64,000 bases of DNA from Vicugna vicugna (GCA_013265495.1 MU058844.1:10190184-10254183); one strand, 5' to 3'. Counted from the first letter of the stretch, positions 13,712 to 26,063 are shown. Numbers and translations: made by a program. Notes: generated from the sequence alone by a model not told the origin.

Positions 13712-13755
13712 ACATTTAACTTAAAAGAAGTTAACTATTTATGTAGTTATTATTT
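13544..13755. repeat. Two-unit tandem duplication (97 bp + 115 bp), each unit with a (TG)n tract
   Basis: Both units start 'atttaaaggatgtccattata' and end 'catttaacttaaaagaagttaactatttatgtagttattattt'. Units are 13544-13640 and 13641-13755. Confidence 0.95.
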
Positions 13756-15130
13756 TATATCTTGTTTTCCCCCAATTTTTTAATATTAATTTTTAACCAC
13801 AAGTCTCCACTGTCTTAGGAGGTGTGTTCCAAGCCCTCATTTATTTATCTTTAAGTTATGATGGTGGGGTACAAATAAATTTTCTCTGTAAATTCCAAGG
13901 AACTGTGAGGTCATTTAGTCTAGCTAAACTCTTTGACTGAAGCATAACTGGGGACAACCCAGTAGGATATACGTAATGCCCCAAGATGCAATCAGAAGGA
14001 CAAATGAGTAGAGAAAGAAAACAGCAGGATACACAGTCCTCATCATCCCATTAGCTTCCCTTCTCCAGCTCCAGCTGCCATTCAAACTAGCCTTTCAAAT
14101 AGAAAGAAAAAGCATTGCCCATTCTTGCCTAAATACACGAGGTTTTTGGTGGCTTGTCATTGTACTGACAAATTTTCAGTCGTTGAGCATTTCTTTTAAA
14201 TGAGATAAGTCGTATTTTAAGCCCTATTAGCTAAGATCTTAATTCTCAGTTTATGCCAATGATTGATTAAATCTGCTAGTAGCAAGAATGAGTCACAGGA
14301 TAAATGCTTGGGGAGGAGAGAAAAGTTTCAAAGATATATTAAGCTTTCTTCACATTTTATCTAGGGCTATCTAAGCTACTCTGAATAATTCTGTGTGACC
14401 CTTTTAAAAATCCTACAATCATCCCATCATTTTAATGAATAAATATGTTCCTCCTTGTTTGTATATAAGATCTTCCATGAAATAAGATCTTGTCATTAAG
14501 AAATAATAACAAAGTTATTATTTCTCTAGCTTTATATCCTGTTATGACTTTCTTGACTTTTTGTGCTTTGATACCATGTAACTGTCCCTCTTTCTACCTT
14601 TATACATATAAACTTCCCACTTCCCATGCCCATGTCTCTCCCCTTCACACACACATCATGTTTGTGCTTGGCCAACTTCTGCTCTTCCTTGAGGAGAAGT
14701 TCATGTATCATTACCTTCTCAAAGATTTCCCTGACAGGCTATGCTTACTGCCCCTTCCCTCACACCTCACCCCCAAACCAAAGTACATTCTTCTGTGTTT
14801 CAACAGTATGCAGTTATATCTGTATCCTTTCCTTTTGCTTGTATCCCTTCCTTTTATCTATATCTTTTCCCTTACTCTGTAAAGTAATATATTCATACAG
14901 TGCTTATAACAGGAATGGGCACTTCGTAAATTCTTTGTAAGTATTAGCTCTTATCATTGCTTTAAAGTTAACTATTTTAGTATCAGTTTCCTCTACTAAA
15001 GTGTAAGCTCCTTAGCCTAAAGGACAGTATCTTATTCATTTTCTTTAAACTTAGTTATTGGAGTATAGTTGGTGATCAAGAAATGTTCCTTGAAATTTAA
15101 GATGGTAAGAAACTATTATTTATTGAGCCC

Positions 15131-15682
15131 TGTGTCAGGCAAGATTTCTATAACATTCCCTCAGAGATGTTCCTGCTTTAATCCCTGAAACCTGTAAATA
15201 GGATTTGATGTTTTGATTAGGCTGTTTCATATGGTCAGTTGATCATAAAACAGGGAAGATTATCTAACTTCAGCCAACTTTTAAAAGCAGACACCTCCTT
15301 CAGGTTGGTGGCAGAAGGGGAAGTTAAAGAGAGAGGAAGAAAAGCAAGAGAAGGATCTGACACACTGTGGCTGACTCTGAAGATGGAACGGGCTGCATGT
15401 AAGAAACAGAAAGAGGCCTCTGAGAGCTGAAAGTGACTCCCGGTCTACCACCAGCAAGGAATGGAGACCTCAGTTCTGCGACTGCAACTTGAATGAGCTT
15501 CCAAGAGCTTCCAGCCAAGAGCCCAGCCTGGCTGACACCTTGCTTTTTGTCTCTGGAGCATAGAACCCAGCTAAGCCCATGTGGACTTCTGACCTTACAG
15601 GACTGTGAGATAATAAATGGGTGTTATCATAAGGTGTTACGTATGTGGTAATTTCTTAGGCATCAGTAGAAAATTAACTACA
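15131..15682 (+). mobile_element. MaLR (MLT1D/E-like) solo LTR
   Basis: TG...CA termini, with 'taatccctgaaacctgtaaata', 'gacttctgaccttacaggactgtgagataataaatgggtgtt' and 'agtagaaaattaactaca'. Confidence 0.75.
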
Positions 15683-16489
15683 TGTCAATTCTATGCAAGG
15701 CTCTTTACAGACATAGTGAGAATGAATCTCACTAAAACCTCTTCATTCTGCCTAATGTTCTATAAATAACTTAATTTCAACTTTGACACCTGACCAGTAG
15801 GGAACTCTAGATCAGTCATTCTTGGTGGTCTTGAACCTCCACCAGGGTGTGTGTCAGGTTTCTGAAATCAGACTACCCGGTGCTACTGGTCACCAGGCAT
15901 GTTTTCACACCAGTTAATGCTTGAACATCTATCCTAGCCTGCATGATCTCTTCAGGTGGCTTTCTCATATTCAAGGTCTAGCTTGGGGCAAATTCACCAT
16001 GAAACTCACAGTATTGTGAAACTTACTTGAATGGATCCCTTCCAAGGCCCTATACTTAATTGAGTATTTGTAATTTTATATCCCTCTGCTTAAAGAGGAA
16101 TCCCTAAATTGTATAAACGTCAGGCACCACAAAACCTAGACACTCCCTCAGCTCAGAAATTTCCTGTGTAACTAATCAAATTAATCCCTTCTTCCCTACG
16201 CCACATTCCCCTACCTGTCTGTAACTTCAGACATAGACTTTTGCTTCCTCTCTTGCCCTAATTTTTTCTTCACTACACTTAGTAATATCTGAATTTATTT
16301 ATTCATTTAAAATGTGTTCACTTTCTGCCCCTCCCTCTCCACAGAATGTAAGTTTACTGAAGGCAGGCACTTCCTTTGTTTTACTCATTCCTGTATGCCC
16401 AGAACCTGGAACAATGATTAAGAATAATAGGTGTTAACAGTATGCATGGACTGATCAACCTCAGGTCTACCCAACTGCCACATTCCAGC

Positions 16490-16838
16490 TGTCTTAGTTC
16501 CCTTGGGCTGCTATAACAAAACACCATAAACTCAGCAGCTTTATAAAAAACAAACATTAATTTCTCACAGTCCTAGAAGCTGGGAAGTCTTAAGATCAAC
16601 ACAAACAGATTCAGTGTCTACTAAGAGCTCGCTTCCTGGTTCACAGATGGTAGACTATTTATTCACTGTGTCCTCACATGGTGGAAGGGGCCAGGAAGCT
16701 CTATGTGACCTCTTTTATAAGGGCGCTAATGTGACCTAACTACCTCCCCCAAAGACTCTACCTCCTAATATCATCACCTTGGGGATTAGGATTTCAACAT
16801 ATAAATTTTGAGGGGACACAAACATTCAGACCATAGCA
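16490..16838 (-). mobile_element. MLT1A-like solo LTR
   Basis: 'tgtcttagttcccttgggctgctataacaaaa...ggattaggatttcaacatataaattttgaggggacacaaacattcagaccatagca' matches the reverse complement of the MLT1A ends. Confidence 0.85.
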
Positions 16839-17961
16839 GTATGAACCAAGTCGGTGGCACACTCATGTTTGGCTAGTGGGAGTTCCAGGTCTAGGTTCCA
16901 GCCTCTCTGGTGCAGCATTCGGCCATTTACTCTGAGATCTTGTCACATCCTAAGGACACTGCCAGGGATCAGAGAGCAAATCCTCACTGTTCTAGAGACC
17001 CACTGATTTCTTTCTCATCCTTTCAGCCTAGGTATCACTTTTTACTCTCAGTGACATCCTTCTTTCCCATGGCAGTGTCCAAAAATGTCTTAGGAGAATC
17101 CCTTCGCTTGGTTCCCCCTTCTCCACCCTAAATATAAATAATATTACATGACATTAGGGAACATTTTTTCAAGTGAGAATAAAAGTCAACTTAGAAAATG
17201 TTCCTGTTTGTTTCGATCTATAATACCATGCAGATGTAGCTTCAATAAATTCTTAGCCACCTAGTATACTACTTCCAACCAGATTATTAGCTCTAAACTT
17301 TTACTAAATAGAAATTTGGGGGTGGTCATTTCAAGCTAGGCAGGAAAGTGTTTTGAAAGCAACTTCTGCTTTCTTCTCTACCACAAACATCCCCTGAGGC
17401 AAGGAAGTGGAGTTACTATCAGCTTAAATGAGGGAAGGAAAAGAGGCAAACACAAGAAAACAAAAATGTCAATTTTTTTTCTGACATAATTATTCATTTA
17501 CTCTTAAAATAGCCATATGAAGCTGATATTATTCCCACTTGTCAAAACTGAGCATAGCCTTTACCAGTGATGCTGTGTCTGTCACCACTGCACATGTTTA
17601 TTGTCAATAAAATCCTACTCCGTTTTTCCACTCTGGCCCCTGGAGGAATTTAGAAGCTTTCCTCAGGATTTGAGGTGAAGGACATTTGAATGAGGCCCTC
17701 AACTAAATGCTAGTGTTCCAAGAGGGAGCTCATGCTCCTAAACTCTCCTTCCAGACGCTGGAGCAGCCTTTAGTAGTTTTCGTAATTTTAGTGCCACGGA
17801 AGATGACTCTTAGTTGCGAAGTTCCCTTTGTGTTTTCTCCCAGAGGTTACAGACGCTTTCATAGAAGCTGGCCTTCCAATTGCCTGCCTTGACAGCCTGA
17901 GCTGGGTGTGCCTTCACTAAATTAATTATAATTATTGTTATACATGGTAAAGAAAGTCAGG

Positions 17962-18712
17962 TAGTGTTTTCCAAAGTATAGGATGTGTAGACTAATGGTA
18001 CATGAGGTAATTTTATTTAACTTATATTTTTCAAATTGAAGTAGAATTATCTTACACTATTATATTAGTTTCATGTGTATAACATAGTGATTCAATATTT
18101 TTATATGTTATGAAATGATTACTCCAACAAGTCTAGTTACCATCAGTCACTGTACAAAGTTATTACAACTGTATTGACTATATTCCCTATGGTGTACATT
18201 ACATCTTCCTAACTTATTTATTTTATAATTGGAAGTTTGCACCTCTTAATCCCCTTCACCTATTTTGCCCCTCCTCCCCTCTGGCAACCACCAATTTGTT
18301 CTACATGAGGTAATTTTAGATGGATGGCACATTTAAATACCAGTGACACTTAGCAAAAAAGCTATTCTCTTTTTAATATCCTTGAATTTTCCTGATTATA
18401 TTAAGTAGAAAAGTATCATGTTGATGCTAATATTCTAACTCTTAACCAATCTTTCTTTTCTAACAGATTGAGAGATGGCCTTGGGCTCAGATCCTGGACA
18501 GGCAACCTAATTAGAATAACATTGTCTTGTTTTCATTTTAAGGTCTTTTCCTTATGTTGATTGGAAATGTTTTCTACTTACAAAAGTGACAATGTTTCCT
18601 TTTAAAATAAATTTACTTGAATAGTTCTTTTAAAGTTTGAAGAAAATATTAATAATAGTATTTGTGGCTCACTAGATCAGGCAAAAATCATGATACAGTT
18701 TGGGAAACACTA
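17962..18712. mobile_element. hAT/Charlie-type non-autonomous DNA transposon interrupted by L1
   Basis: TIRs TAGTGTTTTCCAAA (17962-17975) and TTTGGGAAACACTA (18699-18712) are 13/14 complementary. Confidence 0.6.
18016..18301 (-). mobile_element. 5'-truncated L1 3' end with a perfect 17-bp TSD
   Basis: TSD TACATGAGGTAATTTTA at 17999-18015 and 18302-18318. The interior 'aaattgaagtagaatt...acatagtgattcaatatt...cctctggcaaccaccaatttgttc' is a reverse L1 3' UTR. Confidence 0.9.
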
Positions 18713-19125
18713 AATTAAGCAATTCATATGAATGACCATGTGATGTTCTGATACATCATATGCATCAGAGGCAAGTTATCATCTCTTTAGCACTATGCCT
18801 GTACTTTGGATAGTTGCCAGACATTCATCGGATTCCCTATTTGTGGGGAAAGAGAAGTTGTATAGGAATAACAACCACAAGTAACTTTATGAGGGTTAAA
18901 TTCATGGGATGAAGCCAGATGTGGCAGAGAATTTACCCTGAAGAGTTAACAGCAAGCTGACTTTCAGAGTAGTGGAAGGAACCATTGGGTATGGGAAGTG
19001 AGGCTCACTTTGTAACTCAGAGGCAAGGCAAAGGGTGAGATCTAGAAATCAGGATTGGCCTAAAAGTGTAGACTGAAGCAACTTACAGTGTGGTTCAGTG
19101 ATGGTTGCAGTCAACAGCCTAGGTG

Positions 19126-21425
19126 GGACTGAATATCTTACAACGCTAGCAGACTGTAAACTTTTCTTCAGGTTCCTAAAAGCAACATTGGAAAGAAATT
19201 ATTGGAAAAGAGCGTAGCCCAGGTGTACAATATAGGAGATAAGATCAAACTGCCTTCTTGACTATTCTATCCTCAAGTGTATAAATGTAAATTAGAATCC
19301 TAGGAGAACTTAAATATATGACTTAAAACTACTTATCGATATATTATGTACACTTTTGTATCAAAATATATTTCTAATTGCATAATAAAAGTTAACTGGG
19401 TAAAAGGTTTACTGAACAGAGAATTGGTTCATAGACAATTTTAATATGCTACACTGTAAGAGTGATATATATACCCTCACTATTACTTTATAAAGAATGT
19501 AAAGGCTGGCAAAGCAGCAATCTATCAGTTAAGTAAGCAAAGAAATAACTTAGATCCCAAAAGTTCTTAAGTATTTTCCTTATAACAAAGGCTAAGTTTT
19601 TTTAAATTGTAAAAATATGTTTTACCAAATGGCAATTTACCAACATTTTATTGAACAAAAGACTAATTTAAAAATTTTTACTTTCTTCGGTTGACTTTAA
19701 AATTTTCCTTTTTTGTCTGGTGTTCACATATTGCAGTGTAGTCAAATGTATTTTCAATTTTGGATTCAGAAATCAATCAAGCAATCAATCAATCTCCACA
19801 CTGCATAGGTTGGTACTAAGGCCATACACACAAGCATATATTCTGTGCCTCTATAATTACATACATAGTTATTTTGCTAACAATAAACTTGACTGTAAGC
19901 ATAGTATCATATTATGCTAGATGATGGTACATCAAAAAAACCAGGAAAAAAAAATCTAAGCTTTGTATGTGTGTGAATATTTAAAATAAATTTATGATTT
20001 AATTAAGATGTCTTCAAATTGATGATAATTAATAAGTAAATTAATTGTTGGTAAGAGGTATCTGTAGTATAATTAAGTTTTGGAAAAAAAAGTGTACAGA
20101 TCCTCTTCTGACGACTTCCTGCCTGTAATAACTAAAGACCCCAACATGACAAATGATTTGTTGCAGCAAAGAAAAACATTTAGCAAATTAATAGGTATAG
20201 TTTCATTTGCACTTCTATTTTAAGGCTTAATTTGCCTTAAAAGAGCTGAAAATTACCCTCACACCTAAATTTACTTAAAGGCCATTATGAAATTAAAATA
20301 TTTGCATTTCTCCAATTTCTTCTTCTGCGTACATAAATATTTAGTTTCACTCAGCTATTAAGGTAGTAAGAAGTCATTGACTTTGTGTTGTTGTTTTTTA
20401 AACAAAAAGTTTGGCCTGTTCCGCAGTTAGCCATAGGTCTTCAGTATCATGAATTCAGTAACATTTAAAAAAAATTCTTAAGGGAACCCTCCTACACTGC
20501 TGGTGGGAATGTAGTTTGATGCAGTCACTGTGGAAAACACTATGGAGATTCCTCAAAAAACTAAAAATAGACTTACCATACAATACAGCAATCCCACTCC
20601 TGGGCTGGAGGGAACTCAAATTCGAAAAGATATATGCACACCAATGTTCACAGCAGCACTATTTACAATAGTCAAGGCATGAAAACAACCTAAATGTCCA
20701 TTGACAGATGACTGGATAAAGAAGTTGTGATATATATATGGTATGGAATACTACTCAGCCATTAAAAAGAATACAATAATGCCATTTGCAGCAACATAGA
20801 TGAACCTGGATATGGTCATTCTAAGTGAAGTAAGCCAGAAAGAGAAAGAAAAATACCATAAGATATCACTTATATGTGGAATCCAAAAAAAAAGTAAGAC
20901 ACAAATGAACTTATTTACAAAACTGAAACAGATTCATAGACATAAGAAACAAACTTATGGTTACCAAGGGGGAAAGGGGTCGGAAGGGATAAATTGGAAA
21001 TTCGAGATATGCAGATACTACTACATATAAAACAGATAAACAAGTTTCTACTGTATAGCACAGGGAACTATATTCAATATCTTGTAGTAACCTATAATGG
21101 AAAAGACTATGAAAAGGAATTTATGTATGTATATGTATGACTATAACATTATGTTGTACAGCAGAAATTGATACAACATTGTAAACTGACTACACTTCAG
21201 TTAAAAAAAAAGAAAAAAGAAAAAAAATCTCCCTAAAAAGGCAAAGCAAGTGGCAGTTTAACAGCACTTCCAATGAGATTAACACAGAACTTCTTGACTC
21301 TTAGAGCTGGGGAAGGAAAAGGAACCTCGGTGAAATTTGCATATACTCATAGCCCACATGGAGTGTCATTTGTTTTGTTTTCCACTGGTAGCTTTTGGAA
21401 ACTGATATTTAACTAATTAATTGTT
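19126..21425 (+). repeat. 2.3-kb tandem duplication, copy 1
   Basis: Starts 'ggactgaatatcttacaacg' and ends 'aactaattaattgtt'. Identical ORF translations recur at offsets 2301 (19720/22021) and 2302 (20800/23102). Confidence 0.97.
20481..21227 (+). mobile_element. 5'-truncated L1 (ORF2 C-terminus, 3' UTR, A tail), in duplication copy 1
   Basis: Contains 'agggaaccctcctacactgctggtgggaatgta'. ORF 20800-21030 (MNLDMVILSEVSQKEKEKYHKISLICGI) resembles the L1 ORF2 C-terminal region. A-rich tail at 21203-21227. Confidence 0.92.
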
Positions 21426-21426
21426 A

Positions 21427-23727
21427 GGACTGAATATCTTACAACGCTAGCAGACTGTAAACTTTTCTTCAGGTTCCTAAAAGCAACATTGGAAAGAAAT
21501 TATTGGAAAAGAGCGTAGCCCAGGTGTACAATATAGGAGATAAGATCAAACTGCCTTCTTGACTATTCTATCCTCAAGTGTATAAATGTAAATTAGAATC
21601 CTAGGAGAACTTAAATATATGACTTAAAACTACTTATCGATATATTATGTACACTTTTGTATCAAAATATATTTCTAATTGCATAATAAAAGTTAACTGG
21701 GTAAAAGGTTTACTGAACAGAGAATTGGTTCATAGACAATTTTAATATGCTACACTGTAAGAGTGATATATATACCCTCACTATTACTTTATAAAGAATG
21801 TAAAGGCTGGCAAAGCAGCAATCTATCAGTTAAGTAAGCAAAGAAATAACTTAGATCCCAAAAGTTCTTAAGTATTTTCCTTATAACAAAGGCTAAGTTT
21901 TTTTAAATTGTAAAAATATGTTTTACCAAATGGCAATTTACCAACATTTTATTGAACAAAAGACTAATTTAAAAATTTTTACTTTCTTCGGTTGACTTTA
22001 AAATTTTCCTTTTTTGTCTGGTGTTCACATATTGCAGTGTAGTCAAATGTATTTTCAATTTTGGATTCAGAAATCAATCAAGCAATCAATCAATCTCCAC
22101 ACTGCATAGGTTGGTACTAAGGCCATACACACAAGCATATATTCTGTGCCTCTATAATTACATACATAGTTATTTTGCTAACAATAAACTTGACTGTAAG
22201 CATAGTATCATATTATGCTAGATGATGGTACATCAAAAAAACCAGGAAAAAAAAAATCTAAGCTTTGTATGTGTGTGAATATTTAAAATAAATTTATGAT
22301 TTAATTAAGATGTCTTCAAATTGATGATAATTAATAAGTAAATTAATTGTTGGTAAGAGGTATCTGTAGTATAATTAAGTTTTGGAAAAAAAAGTGTACA
22401 GATCCTCTTCTGACGACTTCCTGCCTGTAATAACTAAAGACCCCAACATGACAAATGATTTGTTGCAGCAAAGAAAAACATTTAGCAAATTAATAGGTAT
22501 AGTTTCATTTGCACTTCTATTTTAAGGCTTAATTTGCCTTAAAAGAGCTGAAAATTACCCTCACACCTAAATTTACTTAAAGGCCATTATGAAATTAAAA
22601 TATTTGCATTTCTCCAATTTCTTCTTCTGCGTACATAAATATTTAGTTTCACTCAGCTATTAAGGTAGTAAGAAGTCATTGACTTTGTGTTGTTGTTTTT
22701 TAAACAAAAAGTTTGGCCTGTTCCGCAGTTAGCCATAGGTCTTCAGTATCATGAATTCAGTAACATTTAAAAAAAATTCTTAAGGGAACCCTCCTACACT
22801 GCTGGTGGGAATGTAGTTTGATGCAGTCACTGTGGAAAACACTATGGAGATTCCTCAAAAAACTAAAAATAGACTTACCATACAATACAGCAATCCCACT
22901 CCTGGGCTGGAGGGAACTCAAATTCGAAAAGATATATGCACACCAATGTTCACAGCAGCACTATTTACAATAGTCAAGGCATGAAAACAACCTAAATGTC
23001 CATTGACAGATGACTGGATAAAGAAGTTGTGATATATATATGGTATGGAATACTACTCAGCCATTAAAAAGAATACAATAATGCCATTTGCAGCAACATA
23101 GATGAACCTGGATATGGTCATTCTAAGTGAAGTAAGCCAGAAAGAGAAAGAAAAATACCATAAGATATCACTTATATGTGGAATCCAAAAAAAAAGTAAG
23201 ACACAAATGAACTTATTTACAAAACTGAAACAGATTCATAGACATAAGAAACAAACTTATGGTTACCAAGGGGGAAAGGGGTCGGAAGGGATAAATTGGA
23301 AATTCGAGATATGCAGATACTACTACATATAAAACAGATAAACAAGTTTCTACTGTATAGCACAGGGAACTATATTCAATATCTTGTAGTAACCTATAAT
23401 GGAAAAGACTATGAAAAGGAATTTATGTATGTATATGTATGACTATAACATTATGTTGTACAGCAGAAATTGATACAACATTGTAAACTGACTACACTTC
23501 AGTTAAAAAAAAAGAAAAAAGAAAAAAAATCTCCCTAAAAAGGCAAAGCAAGTGGCAGTTTAACAGCACTTCCAATGAGATTAACACAGAACTTCTTGAC
23601 TCTTAGAGCTGGGGAAGGAAAAGGAACCTCGGTGAAATTTGCATATACTCATAGCCCACATGGAGTGTCATTTGTTTTGTTTTCCACTGGTAGCTTTTGG
23701 AAACTGATATTTAACTAATTAATTGTT
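21427..23727 (+). repeat. 2.3-kb tandem duplication, copy 2
   Basis: Same sequence as copy 1. The only difference I saw is A10 versus A9 after 'ccagg'. One extra A (21426) lies at the junction. Confidence 0.97.
22783..23529 (+). mobile_element. Same L1 fragment, in duplication copy 2
   Basis: Identical to 20481-21227. Confidence 0.92.
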
Positions 23728-25494
23728 TTACTGATGAATTTTACTCCTGAAGTAAGAGCTTGAGTCAGAAATAACCTACTTCCCACCAAACCCTTGCCCA
23801 AATCAAAACTTAAGATAACAATCTATATTCCAGGATACTTTTAAGAGCTACCAAATAGACCATAACATTCTTGGGAAATAGTAAAGATAAGCTGTCAGTT
23901 TTTCTAGGTAGATAGAAGAGCTGACAAGGCAATCTTCAAATTCCTTTCTTTTATTCTAAGAGCTCTGAAGTTCTTAAAGTGGATAGGAATTTTGTATTTC
24001 AGTGCTACGAGTTCTCCAGCACCTAACACCATCTTATTCAAAGGTCTGATATTATTATTGCTGCATTTTATGCATTTTATAGTCACTTTCTATTCCTACA
24101 GTAATTTCAGAGGAAGTATTTTTACTCTCACTTGGGTTCTATTACTAATCCAGTAACTGCTGTTCAGAAAATTCAGTCTCACAGTCAGGTGGTTTCCTAA
24201 TCACACTTCACTCAATTTTTAAAAAATTTCTCAATATGATAGCTGTAATGTAGTTTACTGGAGAATAAGAGAAGCTTAAATGATTAGTGCTATCTTTCCA
24301 GCATCCAGGACAACGAATGACCCACTACAGTTACTTATTTGCTGAAGGAATTCTAATTCTGCTGCTGAGAAAAATTAAGTAAATCAATTAGTTCTTTGGG
24401 GACTCAGTCTAAATGATCCCTAAAGTTCCATTCAGTGGTAACTTTTTACGATTTCTTATTTTGGCTCTAAATACTCTAGAAAATAGTGGGTGAAAGCAAT
24501 GTATTGCTTAGAAAAATATCAATTGGTGGAGATTACAAATAGATGGTTCAAAAGACCTTAGTATTTGTTATAAATCATGTGTGCGTGGTATCATACAAGA
24601 CAAAGTTTAAAACCCTCTATGATTGTAATACATTAGTTTTTTAACACGTGACCTCAAAAGGTGGTTTTAAAATGTCGTTATCATCATTTTATCACCAGTG
24701 CCTAGAACAATGACTGGCTCATAGTAAGTATTCAATAAATACCAGTTAAATCAACTGCGTAATATTAACATTCCTTTTGAACTCTAGCAGCAGCTGGGTC
24801 TTTACCCATCCTTAGAAAGCGATGGAGCAGGAACCAGAAATCCCTTAAAAGGTCAGGGCCAGTAACAAGGCTGAGCTAAGCACGGGGCAGTACTGGACAG
24901 GCTTAAAGCACTGAAGGAAGGGAAAGAGGACCCAAAATACGCCTGAGAGGGAAAACATACACACACACAGAGCAACAAAAAACAAGCATAAGAGGAACTA
25001 CGTTTCCACAGTGAAGGCTGATAGAAAGCTACTGCAAGTACCACAGGTCAACCTGTCACTAGGCGGTCACCCTAGACTGAGATCTGAGGTAACTACCACC
25101 GAAGCCCTCGCCTACCCAGACCCCACTTTTAAAAGGTTCTCAGTAAGTTCATCCGAGTTCGTTAGCGAGAGAAATCACAAGCGCTTAATGCACGACCTAT
25201 CTCTCCTCAATTCCATTCAAATAACGCAGCCAATAGGAAAATCCTTCGCCCTGAGCAAAGGACTCCGCAGAGCAGAGACAGCCCTGGAGGCAGGTCTGCC
25301 CTGAAGAGCCGCCGCACGGCCTGACTGTGGCCTCCGGAACCCGAGGAGCCCTCAGCCAGGCAGGACAACCTTCCTTCCCCGGCTCCGCCCTTCCAGGTTG
25401 GTCCCAGCCCCCGCAGCCCGGGCGGCCTGGACCACACCCGCTTCCCTCCGGTGGCCTGGCCGCCCCCGCCGCAGTTCGCAAGAGCGCTCTTCCT

Positions 25495-25612
25495 GGGGCG
25501 GGCGCACGCCCAGGGCGCATGCGCAGTGTCCAAAGGGCGCCTCCCTGCCCGGATCTCGCGAAGTTACGTTAGATTGGCCGCCGGTGACGGGTGGCCGGGC
25601 CGGGGGCGGGAG
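25495..25612. promoter_or_regulatory. Proximal promoter motif cluster
   Basis: GC box GGGGCGGG (~25495-25502), NRF1 palindrome GCGCATGCGC (25515-25524), BANP/ZBTB33-like TCTCGCGA (25554-25561), reverse CCAAT box ATTGG (25573-25577) and a second GC box GGGGCGGG (25603-25610). These are motif matches only. Confidence 0.7.
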
Positions 25613-25826
25613 GGCTTCTGTGGTAGGAAGGGAGGTCCATTCGGCCGGGCGCGCCGCCCCAGTGCTCTGTGGGATACTGGAAGTCTGGAGCGTCTCCTCC
25701 CGGTTCCCAGCCCTCCTCTGGCCCGCACTCATAGAAACAGTCACACACCCCCTGCCTCCCCTCTCCTCCTTCTCCGCCTCCCCCTTCCCCCCCTCGCGAT
25801 AAGAAGACCCGGCGGCAGGAGAGGGG

Positions 25827-26063
25827 ATGAAGATGGCGGACGCGAAGCAGAAGCGGAACGAGCAGCTGAAGCGCTGGATCGGCTCCGAGACGGACCTCGA
25901 GCCTCCCGTGGTGAAGCGCCAGAAGACCAAGGTGAAGTTCGACGATGGCGCCGTCTTCCTGGCTGCTTGCTCCAGCGGCGACACGGACGAGGTCCTCAAG
26001 CTGCTGCACCGCGGCGCCGACATCAATTACGCCAATGTGGACGGACTCACTGCCCTGCACCAG
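25827..26063 (+). CDS. PPP1R12A: Protein phosphatase 1 regulatory subunit 12A (MYPT1), first coding exon, codons 1-79
   Basis: The translation MKMADAKQKRNEQLKRWIGSETDLEPPVVKRQKTKVKFDDGAVFLAACSSGDTDEVLKLLHRGADINYANVDGLTALHQ is the MYPT1 N-terminus. It carries the MyPhoNE motif RNEQLKRW (aa 10-17), the PP1-binding KVKF (aa 35-38, nt 25929-25940) and the first ankyrin repeat. It ends at a phase-0 donor CAG|GTCTGT. Confidence 0.98.

Noticed and set aside
19720..23332. Pairs of identical ORFs suggesting a duplicated small-gene cassette
   Set aside because: They are by-products of the 2.3-kb duplication. One is an L1 remnant and the other is an AT-rich chance ORF.
25352..26026. 224-aa antisense ORF over exon 1
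   Set aside because: It is a shadow of the real CDS in stop-poor GC-rich DNA, with no recognisable domain.
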